Positions 24,961 through 38,690 are shown, counted from the stretch's first letter. The stretch: DNA of 64,000 nucleotides from Blasia pusilla (GCA_050084515.1 CM114271.1:42408001-42472000), one strand, 5' to 3'. Numbers and translations are program-made. The notes: generated from the sequence alone by a model not told the origin.

Positions 24961-26985
24961 TGTGATACCCAAAATTTTGTACTTTTAGAGATTTATACAT
25001 TTTGATTCAAGGAATGAAGACTCTATGAAGTGAAGATTGTACATATAAGATTGTTTTAGATATTATGTTTGTGAATTGGAAGAATGAGTAATATTGAAAT
25101 GGATCACAAAGCTCCTAGGACAAGGCAGAGAGGTGGAAAATCAAGGATTTGCCTTAGAGGAGATGGAAATGGAGTAACGAAGTCTAAAGACTAAGAGAAA
25201 AGCTTGGACAAGACAACGAAGCCTTATTAAGAGCTTGTTAATGAAGTGCTTTGCTCTTGAACAAAGCATGATGAAGATGAAGAGGAAGAAGTACTTCGCT
25301 TTTCAGCGAAGCACAAAGCACTTGGAAAAGAGCGAAGAATGCAGCGCTTCACCCTCAGGAAGAGCTTCGTCCTCAAGGGAAGAAGAAGAAGTTGAGACTT
25401 CACAGCGAAGCGAAGCTAAGACTCGAAGTGATTTCAAGCATCACATTGTTAGAACAGTTAAACTAGGAAGAGGCGCAACTTTTTGGACTAGATAGGAAGT
25501 AAGGACAGTTACTCCCCGCAGATTCATAGCAATCATAGGAAAAGATAAGAGAATCGTAGATCAAAGTAGTTACAAACTCTCAATAGACACTAGATTCGTA
25601 AGAGACGCTTCCTACTACTGCCTCAGAAGATATTTAAGAAGCATGAAAGTAGCTATCATCATCATTCTTTCACGAAGTCCTTATGTTGTAGGAATGGTCC
25701 AAGCAAGGGAGTAGTACCCTCTCAAACTTGTATACACTTTGAAGCTTTCTCATTCTTGATGGAGTAGTAAAGCCTTCATTTCTTCATTCTGATGTGCGAT
25801 GCATATGTCTAAGAATTCTTATTGGGTCTGCAAAGTGAAGAGTGAAGCAGGAGAACACTTTCATCATTAGAATAATCAACATTGAGTCGTTAGAAATTTG
25901 TTCGACAACGAGTAGCCTGCCTAGACGGATTGAGTTTCGAAAGTATGAGAAGCCAACTTCTTGTTGAGGTCTCTGTGAGGTTCTTTGATGTTGAGTGAAG
26001 ATCTACATGAGCGTGAATTCAGTTCCACTCGAGAGAATCGAGGAAAGAAATGTTGGTACTAAGGGAGAGAAGAATACATTGATAAATGATTGAATCCGAA
26101 TTATAAACACTTAACTACATCTATTGCAAGATAAATGCCATCTTGAACTCTCCTTTCACATAACCATGATCCTCTTGGGGATCAAACTCATTAAATAAAT
26201 GTAAAAAGATCCATTCTTAATCTTCTGATACATTACATATAACCACAAATTTTTGGCGCCGCTGCCGGGGATCATAAGATTTGCTCGAAAGAGAGACACT
26301 GATGGGTAACCCCGGGCCGGGGAAGAAGCATCGTTGCCTAGGAGACCCAACCATCTAGTTCTCACCAAAGATCATCTCCTATCTCTAGGTATTCCCTTAA
26401 GACAATGGATGGAAGAGGATAGCAATCTTTTTGCTGCATTAGTACTAGAGAAGATAGAATAGTTAATTATTATTGTCAAAGAACCCGTCACAAAAGGATG
26501 CTTCGCCCATGAACCTCAGTTGTACTTGGTGATAACCCGCTACTTCTGTTTATGGGAGGAAAACCTGGCTGGTAGATTGAGGGCACATTCACACTTCCAT
26601 AGGAATTAGGAAGACCCAACTTTCTCTCCATGGATTGATATCCTGCAGGAGGCTTGGGTGCGCAACCAAGCTCATGAATCCTAGGAGGGACTCATGGAAG
26701 CCTTTTGGCCACCCGCTTGAGAACAGCAAGCTGACCGAGGTAATAAGCAACAAGAAGATCATCCGTCTTGGAGACCGCCGGGTGTATCTCCGAGACTTTG
26801 TCCTCGAACGAAGCCAAAGAGCAAGAAGAGGGACAGGAGTGCGCTCCGCGGCACGTCTCCTGCCACTTCGTAACTTCGGAAAAAGAGTCAACCTAGAATC
26901 CCTTTGGGGACTCGAGGGACGAGGGTCCGGCCAGACCAACCAAATCAAAACCTCTATCACCTCCTTCCGGAACATCAAGTCTGAA
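24961..26985 (+). mobile_element. Athila-like 5' LTR (24961-26247), PBS and leader, truncated
   Basis: TGTGATACCC...AACCACA, followed by TGGCGCCGCTGCCGGGGA at 26254-26271 (tRNA-Asp-type PBS characteristic of Athila). Confidence 0.8.
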
Positions 26986-26989
26986 AAGA

Positions 26990-28247
26990 CGTGAGAAAGA
27001 GTTTAAATTGGTGGTTATCTTGCAATAGTTGTAGTTAAGTGTATGAAGTTTGGATTCAATTAGGTACCATTGTATTCTTCTCTCCATTAGTACCAAGATT
27101 TCTTTCCTCAATTATCTCAACTGGAATTGAATTCTTGCTTAGGCAGACCTTCACTCAACACCAAAGAACCTCACAGAGATCTCAACAAGAAGATGGCTTC
27201 TCTTACTTTCAAAATTCAATCCGTCTTGGTAGGCTACTCTCTGTTGAAAAAATTTCTCACTTCTCAATGTTGATTATTCTGTTGGTGAAAGTTGCTCTCC
27301 CAATAAGATGATTCATAAATACATGTCGCACATCTAAATGAAGGAAGGGAATTCTTTACTATTCCATCAAGAATGAGAAAGCTTCAAAGTATATACAAGC
27401 ACAAGAGGGTACTACTCTCTTGCTCGGACCATTCCTACAGCATAAGGACTTTGTAAGAGAATGATGAAAGTAACTACGTTTATGGTCTTTAAATATTCTT
27501 CCAAACAATAGGAGTCCTAAAGATCTGAAGCGCTTCTTGTGAAGCTAGTACCTAATGGGATCTTGTAACTACTTTGATCTACCGTTCTCTTGACTCTTAC
27601 TGTGATCCCTATGAATCCGCTCATCTTAAGTGTCCTATCTTCCTATCTGGTCCGAAAAGTCATGCCTCTTCCTAGCCTAACTACTCTAATGGTGTGCCAC
27701 TTGAAATCGCAGAACAGTCTTATCTTCGCTGTGAAGTCTGAACCTCTTCTTCTTCCTTTGAAGAAAAAGCTCTTCCTCTTCTTCTGAAGACAAAGGGCAA
27801 CATTCTTCGCGCTTCTTCCAAGTGCTTTGTTCTTCCCTCTTCATTCTTCCGCGAAGCATTATTGCTTCTTCTTGGTGCTTCGTTGAAGAGCAAAGTACAT
27901 TTGCTTCTTCTTCTTCATCGTGCTTTGTTCAAGAGTGAAGCACTTCATAAAAAAGTTCTTTATTAGGCTTTGTTGTCTTTGCCAAGCTTTGCTCTTGGTC
28001 TTTAGACTTCGTGAATTCATTTCCTTCCCCTCCAAGGCAAATCCTTGATGTTCCACCTCTCTGCCTTATCCTAGGAGCTTCATACTCTACTGCACTACTT
28101 TTATAATATCCAATACTCAAAAATAATATTCATATAGTCTTATATCTGCAAACTTTACTTCAAATAGTCTTCATCCTTGAAGAGATCCATACTCAAGTTG
28201 AATGAAAATGTATTAATCTGAAAATTTACAAAATTGCGGGTATCACA
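26990..28247 (-). repeat. Second LTR of the same Athila-like family, inverted, lacking about 90 terminal bp
   Basis: The reverse complement starts TGTGATACCC and follows 24961-26160 colinearly. Confidence 0.88.
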
Positions 28248-29117
28248 CTTGGTCAATCAACATTCTTACTTTTCGAGTTTGTGAGTCGACCTCTCATCAA
28301 GCTCAACCTTCCTAGTTTCCTGGTTTACAACATTGGCAAGTCTTTCAAGACTTGGGACATACTTTCTGGTCGGTTCAGGAACCTCAAACATCGTTTGCAC
28401 GCCTAGCGGTCCCAACTGTCTAGTGGACATCCAATGAGTCCCTAACTTTGACTCAAAAAAATGAGTTGCGGGTTGGAATCCAAGTGTGGCTTAAGAAATC
28501 CACTCCCTTGGTTTAAGTTTGGATTTGGAGTTCCAACCCCAAACTCCCGTTCCATTTGATGTTCAGGGTTCAAGAATCCTTGGAGATACTTCCCCTTACT
28601 AGTATTTTTGGGGATCTTCGCCCTCTCCCTAACTTTGGGGAAAGAAAATTGGGCCCCCATTTTGGCCCTTAATCTAACTCCTCTTACAATTGTTTTCGGA
28701 AAATATCTCAACCTTTGCTTCAGCGTTTTTTGAGATCTTTGATGCGTTGTAATCGTCTTTGTATAAGATTTCCAATACCAACTTATTTGTCCCAAATGCA
28801 TCTTGGGACTAGACATTATGGTCCGAAACATAGTCAAAATCCCCAAACACTAGTCATGTTCCAAATATAGTTCTTACCTCTTTGGCAACCAACCTTCCTA
28901 GACTCAACTCATCTCAAGTCTTGGTTCACGTTTGGTCCAGGTTTCCTGGTCGCCAAACATAAATATTTGAAATGCACAAAATACATTGCCCATTTAGTCT
29001 CTTGGACTTTTCCAAGAGACCTCTCTAAAGCGCAACCATCCTAGCGTGAGCCCACTAAAGTTCTAATGTTTTGCTTGGCGTTTTTTGGGTGTTTGTTTGA
29101 TTATGAGGGTCTCGACT
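28248..29117 (-). repeat. Chromovirus-family LTR, 3'-truncated
   Basis: The reverse complement aligns by eye with 55974-56890 and with the 59011 solo LTR. Confidence 0.82.
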
Positions 29118-29119
29118 AC

Positions 29120-30200
29120 TCCATTGAGGAGTTTCAATGCTAGGACGATGAGCATGTTCAGATGGCCTAGTACGAGGCATTAGCACTAGAGTGTGATGGG
29201 TCACGGAATCCAAGGTAGCCTAGAGTGCTAAGATATCATCCTTGGATACCATGGTCATTGTGTGGTACATCTCAGAAGACGGTATTAGAGTGTTGGATCT
29301 CTTTGGAGGGAAAAACAATAGGTTGGTTGATTTTTTTGCAAGTTGGAATCCGTGTGCAACAATCCTTATACGTGGAGCTTGATGAGGTTGTGAGATGTGC
29401 CTCACTTCAACATATGGTGGAGTTATGCCTTTGTTTCCTTGTTATTTGTGTCGACCCTGTTAGGCTACTAGAGTTGCCTACCAAGGGACATTTCCTTGAC
29501 GGGGGGACAATACTTAAATAGGGTGGGGACCATTTATTTGGTCATTTCTGGTTGGCCATGTTAAGGCCAATCGAGTGTTGGATAAGGTAGTGGTTTAGTT
29601 CCCACACGGTCCATGCTATTTTTGGAGATAATGAGGATCTTGCGATACTTGAACCGTTCTCCAACTTGCATTTTGGAGAACATACCAATATTGGGCAATT
29701 TGCGGTCACGAGTTATGATGACTGCACATCATGTTTGTGTATGGATGTACCTTACAATATTTTTGGACGTGGCAAGTGTGAATTCACGAGCACATCACCC
29801 GCATCTATGGTGGACCAGCTTGGTGCTACATAAACTGTTGTGGAGGGAGCGCACGAGAGTAGAGCGCCCCTTCCATTTTTTTAAGGATTCCATTTTAGAG
29901 GTATGATGATTGACCTCCCTTGATATTGGTCAAGAAGATTGGCATGCAACATGCAATGTTTCCCATATTTTTCAATTTTCCTTCTTCATGTGCATATAAG
30001 GAGGTTGTTCCTGACGTGGTTTGGGATGACCACACACATCTATTGGTAGAGTCAAACGCCAATGAGTGAGAGCGGGAGATGGGATTTTCTAGAGGATTGA
30101 TGGTAGTACTATCACTCTTATAGATATCATGATGTCATGTCTTGGATCATGCGATGAGCTTGAATTGCTTGACATGGATGCAAGGATGTTCTTAGAGGGT
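29120..30200 (+). pseudogene. DNMT3-like methyltransferase fragment, copy C, heavily decayed
   Basis: GIRVLDLFGG; LVISGWPC*G; LFLEIMRIL; CILENIP; SRAHHPHLWWTSL; NANE*EREMGF; MSLNCLTW. Confidence 0.85.
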
Positions 30201-30719
30201 TGAGGTTTTTGGAGTGTTGTGCCCATGTGATTTGAGAACTTGGTGGTTGTGCATCATCAAGATAAGTTGAGGTATGTGACAATTTGGGGAGTTTGTAATG
30301 GACTAACGATGGAGAGGTTTCATCAAAGAGATTACGTCTACTTGCAATAGACAACATTTATGATGTTAGATATGACAAAAGAGTGGACCATCTTGAGAGT
30401 GAATGAGGTATTTCCATGTGGTTCCTTGGGGATGATGGATGTGCCTGAGATGTTTATAGAGTAGGTACCAAGTAGTCACTTGCATTAAAGATATGAATGA
30501 TAAGAAGGCGATTAGAGATGGGATCATATAAGCACCAAGCCTTTTTGCTCTTAGCATTTTCGTTTAGTAAAATGAACCACTATGTATCTTCCATTCTTAT
30601 TAGTATTAGAGAGAGTTTTATAAGTATTAAATAAATTAGCTTAAGGAAATTAATTTTCATGTTTAAACGTCTTAATGATGCCTCATTTGTGATGGCCCAA
30701 CTTTAGGGAAAAAGGTAAT

Positions 30720-31352
30720 AAGTGAGACATGAAAGCTTTTCATGTCTTAGTGAGCGCAACAAGCTTATTGCGGAAGGAATCTGGGCTGGATCTATTGAAA
30801 AGAACTCCACGTGCATCAGCGAGGCTTTCCCTAAGATCATAGATAATGAGAGCATCGGGCGTGTTGCCCATCTCTCAATCATGATGTGCGTAAAATTGTC
30901 ATGCTGGCTTACACAAACAGAGTAGACGCCTATTTGCGACTGGAGCAGTGTGACGAAGCGCTCGATGATGCAAACGAACTCTTGTGCTTGATCCTACATA
31001 CTTGAAGAGCTTTTCCTGCAAAGCCAAAGAATTTCGTAGCCTAGGTCAATACGAGAGGGCTTGTCAAGCTTTCCAAGTATCTCTCGAAGCACATCCACGA
31101 AAGCAAGCAATCCTAGACATACTGAAAGTGAGTCAAATTTTCCTAGAGCAGTCACAAAGTGGAGTCTACCATCTCTAAAATTTTTTCCAAGGTACATCTA
31201 TAATGGCACCTCAAAACTCCGATTAGATTGGCCCTATCAAGATTTAGCGAGTCACCTACTGCCGTGAAAAGCGTGGTCTATTCGCCACTAAGGATATGGA
31301 AGCCGGCGATTTGGTGGTTGTGAGTAACCCTCTGGCGTTCCACACCAACGCT
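30720..31352 (+). pseudogene. TPR + SET-domain protein fragment (ATXR1/SDG35-like architecture)
   Basis: TPR-like EALDDANELLVLDPTYLKSFSCKAKEFRSLGQYERA, then IGPIKI...RGLFATKDMEAGDLVVVSNPLA (SET N-terminus); contains stops and is truncated. Confidence 0.7.
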
Positions 31353-32652
31353 TCAAGCACAAAGCAAGGCCCTTACACTACTAACATGGTAGAAAGAACA
31401 ATGATATAAAGAAGTCAAGGCTAGGGTAGTTGGGATAGATGGGAGGATATGAAGGGATTTATGAGGATATTTTAGGAGATAAAAAAATAATCTAGTTTTT
31501 TCAAAATGGGATTTGCTAAGCCTTGAGAAGAAACCATGTGGCATAACATAAGATAAACCTTATTTTTTTCTTTTGTGGATCCCTTGTGAGTATATAAAGA
31601 GGATCTCGAGACCTTCAAGGCTTGGTCACCTTAAATTTCATTTCTCGAGTGTCTCTTGTGACTCTTGAGTGGATGGCATTGGGTTTGTTTGATCTTCCAA
31701 TGAGAGTGTTTGCTTTTGGGAGATTGACTTGGTTATAATCTATTATTTGAGAGTTTTGAAGATCTAATATATGGAGATAATTATTTAGAGAGATTTGTTT
31801 TTATCTTAGAAGAGTTCCCTTTATCATTCTAGGGATTTGGACTTGTTACTTTTCTAATGAGAGTGGATTATCTCTCTTGGGAGAGTGATTCCACCATAGC
31901 CCATTCTTGAGGCGAATAAAGGATGTCCATCAATCATGGATAGGGATAGAGCGTGGGTGGTATTCAATTTCCCTTTTCTTTATCCATATTACGTAAAGGT
32001 TCTCTTCATAGATAAGAACTACTTTACTTGTTATATAATCTATCTTTTTGGAGAGGCATGAATAAGCTCGTGCAATCACCAACTCAGATGATACTTCCTA
32101 TTGTCTCGTATAGGAGGACTTGGGATTGTATTTTGTATGTCCTTATTTAGCAATCTATGTATGTAAATAGGTCTGCTCGAGCAAGATTCAATACTAGTTG
32201 TGCCATTTTTCTTGTTTACAAGAGTAAAATAGTTTATAGAGACTTCGTAGTAAGGAAATTTGGAATGACATGTTATGAAGAAGTCCTTGTCTTGACACTA
32301 CCATTCTTGATAACTATTGTGAGAGGATGGAGAGTGTATGTAGTGATTATAGATTAGAAAAAATATTATAGAATTTAATCTTACGTCAATGACTATTGCA
32401 ACTAGAAGATCCGCCCTAACTCAAAGAAAGCTCTCGACACGACAATATCTTGGAGATGAGTGTTATGATAGGTAGGAATAAATGACTATCTGGAGTTAGA
32501 GGGACCTAACCACCAACGAGGGGGTTAGTGGAGATATTTTGAGAAAGAAGGGGGAGATAAGTCCCATATGGATAAGTCCTTCCACAAGACGGACGTAAAT
32601 ATACTAACATAGATATATCGGTGGAAACATAATTTTTCCATATGCGACCTTT

Positions 32653-33990
32653 TATCATGCGCATACACATCGCTACACAACCCACACCACTGGTCACATT
32701 TACATACCATAAAACACCGATTTTCCCCAACATACGGATAGATCCACACATAAATGAAACATACTCACGCATATACACCAGGACCCCACAACCGCCGCCC
32801 TAAGATCATGAGTAGTAAAAATGGCTTACCCGACCTAAAACTCCATTTATGAATCTACATCGGCATATCAAACCACATCCACCCTCCTCTATGAGGAAAT
32901 CCGGACGCTAGCACCCTAACACACGTCTATGCAACAGAGGCGCTCCTAAGGCTCAACATGAGAAAGATGGCCTGGACAAGCCATCTTCCTCATGCGTTGA
33001 TTGGGTCAATGGGTCACGTGCTAGACTAAAACCAAAATAGGGAAATTTTCATAAATGACGTTTCCGACATAACAGACCTGTCGCCAACCTCATCCGACAT
33101 CTCGGGACGAAGTTCCACCCGAACAACCCAGTGACTCTCTATTTCATCGACGCGATAGAACTCTACCTACATCGAAATAAGATGTGATAGCTGTCGTGCA
33201 TATACACATTGCTACACAATCCACATCGGTGGTCACATCTACATACCATACAACACCGATCTTCCCCCACATACGGGTAGATCCACACATAAATGCAACA
33301 TCTTCACGCATATACACTAGGATCCCACAACCGCCCCCCTAGCTGGAAGTTGGGTCCCCCTAACTCTTGTAGGGTAACCCTATCCTATACGCATCTAGCA
33401 CCATCAGGGCCGTCATCCCTCCAACACTACCACATTACAGCAAGTCGCCGTGTTGATTCCTCCAAAGAGATTTAACACTCTCGTACCCTACTCCAAACAT
33501 AGACACGGATCCACTCATGCCATACAAGCTTGTCTGCACTCCACGCATCTCAACGTTCATCCCCAACAATAATAATGAAGCCCCGGACCATGGGAAGAGA
33601 CACCCACCCTAGCATGTCTCTCCATGGGATTATCCACTATGGGAATGTCCTCCGCATGTGTGATCCTCTCCCCAAACCCTCCTGATCAGCGAACACCACA
33701 TGTGAATGCTGCCAACGTGGTCACCGTATCCTCACGTGGTTGACCACCACTACTCCCTGTAAACAACACCGGTAGATGGCTCACTCGTCCATTACCTGAT
33801 CGCCACCCTGGCGGAAAGGAAACCGTCTCCTCCCAAAATTCTAGAATGAAACCAAGGGGATACACGACTGTACTCCCTACCAACATATCATACGACTCTG
33901 TTGGTGTCGTAATCGCCCGAGTGCGCACAATCGCACTATCCGACTCATGCTCTAGTTGGAGTCTAACTACCAACTCCTATCGAGTCATGT
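32653..33990 (-). mobile_element. Internally deleted copy D of the DNMT family, with a complete B1-A2-B2 end
   Basis: Protease C-terminus (ESYDMLVG...PGW); MTase motif I RVLNLFGGINT at about 33440-33490; deletion to the 3'UTR; PPT; B1 33329-33192; GC spacer; A2 from 33189; B2 32790-32653. Confidence 0.82.
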
Positions 33991-34129
33991 ACTGCGTGGG
34001 TGATATGCCCCCAATCTATTGGTTGTTGATTCAACATATTCTGACTGAATGTTGGATTGCTTATACTTAAGGTTTCACCGCCGTTGATGCAATAAGAATA
34101 AAAAATTAAACTTATGTGGTGAGAAATAT

Positions 34130-34232
34130 GATTGATGGATTTATCCTTTTTTTGGTGGAAGTTTTTGGACACATACATATGTCTTTTGATATTGTTTTGT
34201 AAACATGTGTTCACCATTCCCTCGAGATTCTT
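34130..34232 (+). repeat. Short fragment of the CRE-type non-LTR element
   Basis: Similar to 40702-40800. Confidence 0.7.
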
Positions 34233-35679
34233 CTTGTAATTCCTACGATGGAAATTCAGCATCTAGTTCCCATGTAACAACATTAATTTAAATGGCCTCA
34301 TTGTGTGAGGAGAAGCCTAGATAGATGGTCTTGAATTTAAAACTTTTATGTGGAAGGAGTCATAATTGTATGATATAGGTGGCTTTTAGAATAGAGCGTT
34401 ATTAGGATGATCTAAACCCATCTTGTATCTTCGCATCCTAATACGACCTAAGGGTCTGGGGGTGCAAATCTTGGAATTTATTATTCAGAAATATAATTAA
34501 AGAAAATAAGTAACAAATCTTAATTTCTTGATACGAGAAATAGTTGGTGACCTATCACGATAACGTAATCTTGTATGTCGAGTTTTCTTTGTGTTTAGGT
34601 TACATTGAAGTTTCACCATGACCGCACAGATGGACTAGACTACTTTGCATTTTCAAGATTTGTTCTATATTCAGCGATTTATTTGTATTATGTTTTCATA
34701 CACCTTCTCTCTCCGTTGTCACTATTTATTATAGAAAAGCCATTTGGGTGGTTAGCGACCTAAACCGACCACATCTGTTATCTATATCTATATTATAATG
34801 GGTGACCCTACATGTAAAATAAGACAAAATAGTGGGATAATAAGACAAAATAGCAACATGTTTGAATTTTTTTCCTTGACTTACATTAGAATCTTGCATT
34901 AGATGGGTAGAGAGAATGAGTTTGAGTGGAAGAGGAAAATGGTTTTATTGATTAATAATATAATTAATTTAAATTATAATGGGTAATCTTAGATGTACAA
35001 TAAAAAATAGTGGGATAATTAGAAAATATTTCAATTTTCCCTTTATTCATATTTGATGGGAAGGAAACTAAATTTTAATGGAGGAATAGATAGTGTTTAA
35101 ATTTTATTCAAGGGTGGAATTACTTAGTTGATTGGGATATGATTTAAATTTTAATCGAGGAGTAGAATTACTGAAAAGAGTGGAATGTTATTACTCTTCA
35201 AAGAATATCTAAATTATATCAAAATTTAAGGAAATTAAAAAATATTTTTTAATAAAATAATCATTAAAATATTTTCTATTTTTGAAAAATATTTTAAATA
35301 GAAAATATAAATGGATTAAAACTACTATTACTTTAATTAGTAGATGTAATTTTGGTGGAAAGAGTGTAAGAAGAAAAAATATTATTCAAATATTTATGGA
35401 GTAATGGAATTACTTAGGGTAGTTGGATATTAGATAAAACTCAAATTTGATTACTCTTTTGATACTTTAAAAAGATAAATTATATTTGAATTTTGAATTT
35501 AAAAAAAATCATTTTCTAGGGTCTGCACGATCATCCTTACTTTGTAATGAGTACATACGTGAAATTGGAATGTTTTGCTCCTCCTATGCACCGGTGAGAT
35601 GATTGGGAATGAATATGTGGAGGCTAATAGTGTGAAATTAGTGGACTCACGATAAATAAAGTTTAATCTCTAAGAAGAT

Positions 35680-36015
35680 GAAAAAAAATAAAAGCGATAG
35701 AATTTTTTTTAGAATACATCTTACTTAGCTCAAGACAAATTTTCATATATTTTCCTTTATTAATTTTGGAAAAATAATGTATCCCTTTCCAATCACGATA
35801 CTTCAATAAGTAAAAAAGTTCACTTATTTTGATGATTTTTTCCCAAAAGAGGGATTCAATTTTTTTCCCTAATCTTACTTGAAATTATTTTTAACAACAA
35901 TCTATCCTCAATTATTTTGAAGAATAATCATTTTCCCATTAGTGTCCTATGATCCTTTTCATTTTTTTCCCAATAGGAAAATTAATTTCCCCTCAAAACT
36001 AAACTTTAGAGTTGC
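35680..36015 (+). repeat. Dispersed AT-rich repeat
   Basis: Similar to 12550-12875, for example GATGATTTTTTCCCAAAAGAGGGATT in both. Confidence 0.75.
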
Positions 36016-36504
36016 TCGCCCTACCTAGCCGCCTCTGCGACCTGAAAGACCCTCCTCGACGCTGCCTCTGTGACCTAACCTAGCCCGCCTCCGCCTCCTG
36101 CTCTTTCCCGACCCACCCGCTTGCATACACTCGACGCCACACCGCGCGCTACACCCAAGTGTCGTCCCACGTCACCCCGCACCAAAGAAATCTGTGAAAA
36201 ATGGACAGCGCTTCCGCGCATGGCCTTTCAAACACAAAATGACCAACACAATGCCAACGAGCATCTCCAAGGGCTACCGACCGAGGGAACTCGCTTGCCT
36301 ACCTGCAAACAACGAATTCCCACCATCCCCCTAACATCTTTCTCATGTAAAAAAAAAGAGTAGTAAAAACGGCACACCCGGCCTAAAACTCCACTCCTCA
36401 ATCTACATTGGCATATCGAACCTTGTCCACCCTGCGCTATCAAGGAATCCATACGCTAGCACCCTTGTCCTATCTCACACCCATACAAGAGAGGTGCTCC
36501 AACG
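36016..36504 (-). mobile_element. Distal half of an A1 repeat (TGTCACATCT subfamily) running into the 5' leader
   Basis: The reverse complement matches 39847-39974, then continues into non-B sequence containing the putative self-priming site (36348-36335). Confidence 0.78.
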
Positions 36505-38690
36505 TGTCATGACCATACGGATTATGTCGTAGAGTATAGTGTGCTAGTAGAGGCCATACCTTATGTAGGGCCATAGTGTCCAAGTAGAGATGCGGTTTCA
36601 TACATAGGGTTGGGGGTTACTCACTTGAGGGTGACTTTTCCAGTAGGGCGTGCTCTTAGGTTGGAGGATATAGTATGGAGTGCACTCAAAGAACAGTTAG
36701 TTCTTTGAGTTGAGCCTGTTGCGTTGGGAGTTAGCCTTGGTAGTGAGTAGAGCTCTTGGCTATGGTGGTTCCCGCAAGCTTCGACTTGGATTCTTCCATC
36801 GTGGAGTGGATTTGGCTCGATTGTATGTGATTATATACATGTTTTATGACAGTAGGTCTTCCACGGATTTCACTCAAAGAACTAGAGTAGATCGATGGTA
36901 GCTTCCATCGTGGATCAGTAGAATCTGGTTAGGGCTGATTGTGTACTCAGCCGTGGATCTTCATGGCTTGTGGCCTATGTTGGAGGTGTGAATCTGGTGC
37001 GTGGTTGGTTGGGAAAGAAGCACCTTGCTGAGAGCTTTCCAATGCTTTTTAGACCGCCAGATTTCGTTAAGGGAGTTGGAAGTTATCAAGGATTGAAGAT
37101 TCTGGTTCGTGTTCGACGGTTTTCTGATGTGGAGAACTTGGAGTGAGGGAGCTCTGTTGAAGTTCATCCAGATTGGGTGAGAGATTCCTCTTGCTACATA
37201 TATTGTTATCTCATATGAAGCAATCTGCTTGAGTGTGTGGAGCGTTGCGGATTTCTGTGTGCATGAATCTGGGCGGAAGCACTGTCGGATTTGCGATTGT
37301 GGAGGTGTATGGACAACAAGTTTTTCTGATTTTTAGCTCCAAGTACAGAGCTCGGTTGTAGCTGATTTTTTGTGGAGAGATAGCTATGGTAGCCAATTGA
37401 ATTTTGGTTGAATTTTGGTGGAGGGTTTGTGGAGTAATTGTTGATCGAAATTGCGGACTAGCTCAAGGTCTGGCTATGGTGGACAACAGATCGGAGGGGT
37501 GGTTGGTTGGTGATTCGTCTGTTGTTGGAGACGCCTATCCCGTTGGGGGCGCCCTAGTTGGGCCTCTCTCCATAGCGAAGCATGGCGAAGCCTGGAAAAT
37601 GGGGCATGTCTCAAGCATTTTGAGGCTTCAAGGCAACTCGTGGTAGCTCGGGGCGAGTGGGCGTGAGAGGCGGAGTAAGGAGCAAGGAGCAAGCAAGCAA
37701 GCTGCTTGCTTGGGCGTGAGGCAATTTTTGCAGGATTTGTGGGTTGAGTGTTGCAAACTAGTCACCTATCTTTGGGCTATTATGCCTGGAAGACGCTTAA
37801 CTGCTGAGTTCTTAACTATGTCAGTGTACACACTGGTGTAGCTCATTTGGTGTTGTTCGGAGATGTGTTAGGCGCTTTATGCATCTCGGGTTTTCGGTTG
37901 ATGGACCTCTAGCACATAGTATGGTGTAGCCTCTCCATGTAGGTAATATTTTCAGGGGCTGTGAGTGCGATTAGCACGTCATCGACCAGCGGCAGAGTAG
38001 CTATTGCGTTAGAATTGTGCGATGGGTTATGTGGATTCAGGGGGCGCCATGTTTGGTGGATTGTGTTACCTTGATTTCCATTTGCGATTGGAGGGTTGTC
38101 GTTGGACTTCCTGTGTTTGGATCCCCTCCATCATTGCTTCTTGCTTTTGCGCCCAATATTAGGGTTGACGCTGATTTCCTGAGTAGTTTTATCCATGTGT
38201 GCTATAGGTAGTGAGGCTAGAGTGATGACCAGTAGATTGTGGGAGGCTTCTTGTGGTGATGACAGGTTAGGTTGCCTATACCTATAGCTAGTAGAGCTAG
38301 AATAGTACAGTGACATCGACATCACTTGGTTACTTAGTGGTGGTGATTTGGTGGTGGTGTGGCATCGGCGCTGGTCATCACGGAGCTGTCTGTTGGTCTG
38401 GTTGGGGACCGTGGTGCGGACAGTGGTGGTTTTACACGGAGTGGATTGAGGTATCGGCTACCTTTTCCACTTCCAACGGTTGATGAAGAGGAGGAAGAGG
38501 GTGTTCCAAACACCGAGTCTTCTACGTTGTTATCGAGTGTTGTAGCTCCATTGATTTGGGACATGGACGGGAGATATGGGGCCATAAAGGGCCCATCTGG
38601 ACCGGTTGCAGGTTTCGCAGGTTGGGTCATCCAAGCTCTCGTACGTTGCATTTTAGTGACTGGAGTCATGCAGCTCAATAATTAGTTATT
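36505..38690 (+). mobile_element. 5' end of a DNMT-family element: A1 (36505-36872), leader and possible gag start
   Basis: TGTCATGACC... is nearly identical to A2 of copy B (53801-53435) and continues into unique leader instead of B. The downstream extent and the gag start (TRSGLRYR ORF at 38359) are less certain. Confidence 0.75.

Noticed and set aside
31353-32270. Possible additional LTR
   Set aside because: It has a TATA-like motif and a ...GACA end, but no partner copy, TSD or clear PBS in this window.
36505-36851. TGTCAT...ATGACA read as a conventional LTR
   Set aside because: Homology with the 3' copy runs on to 36872, no tRNA PBS follows, and the 3' copy is preceded by B1 rather than a PPT.
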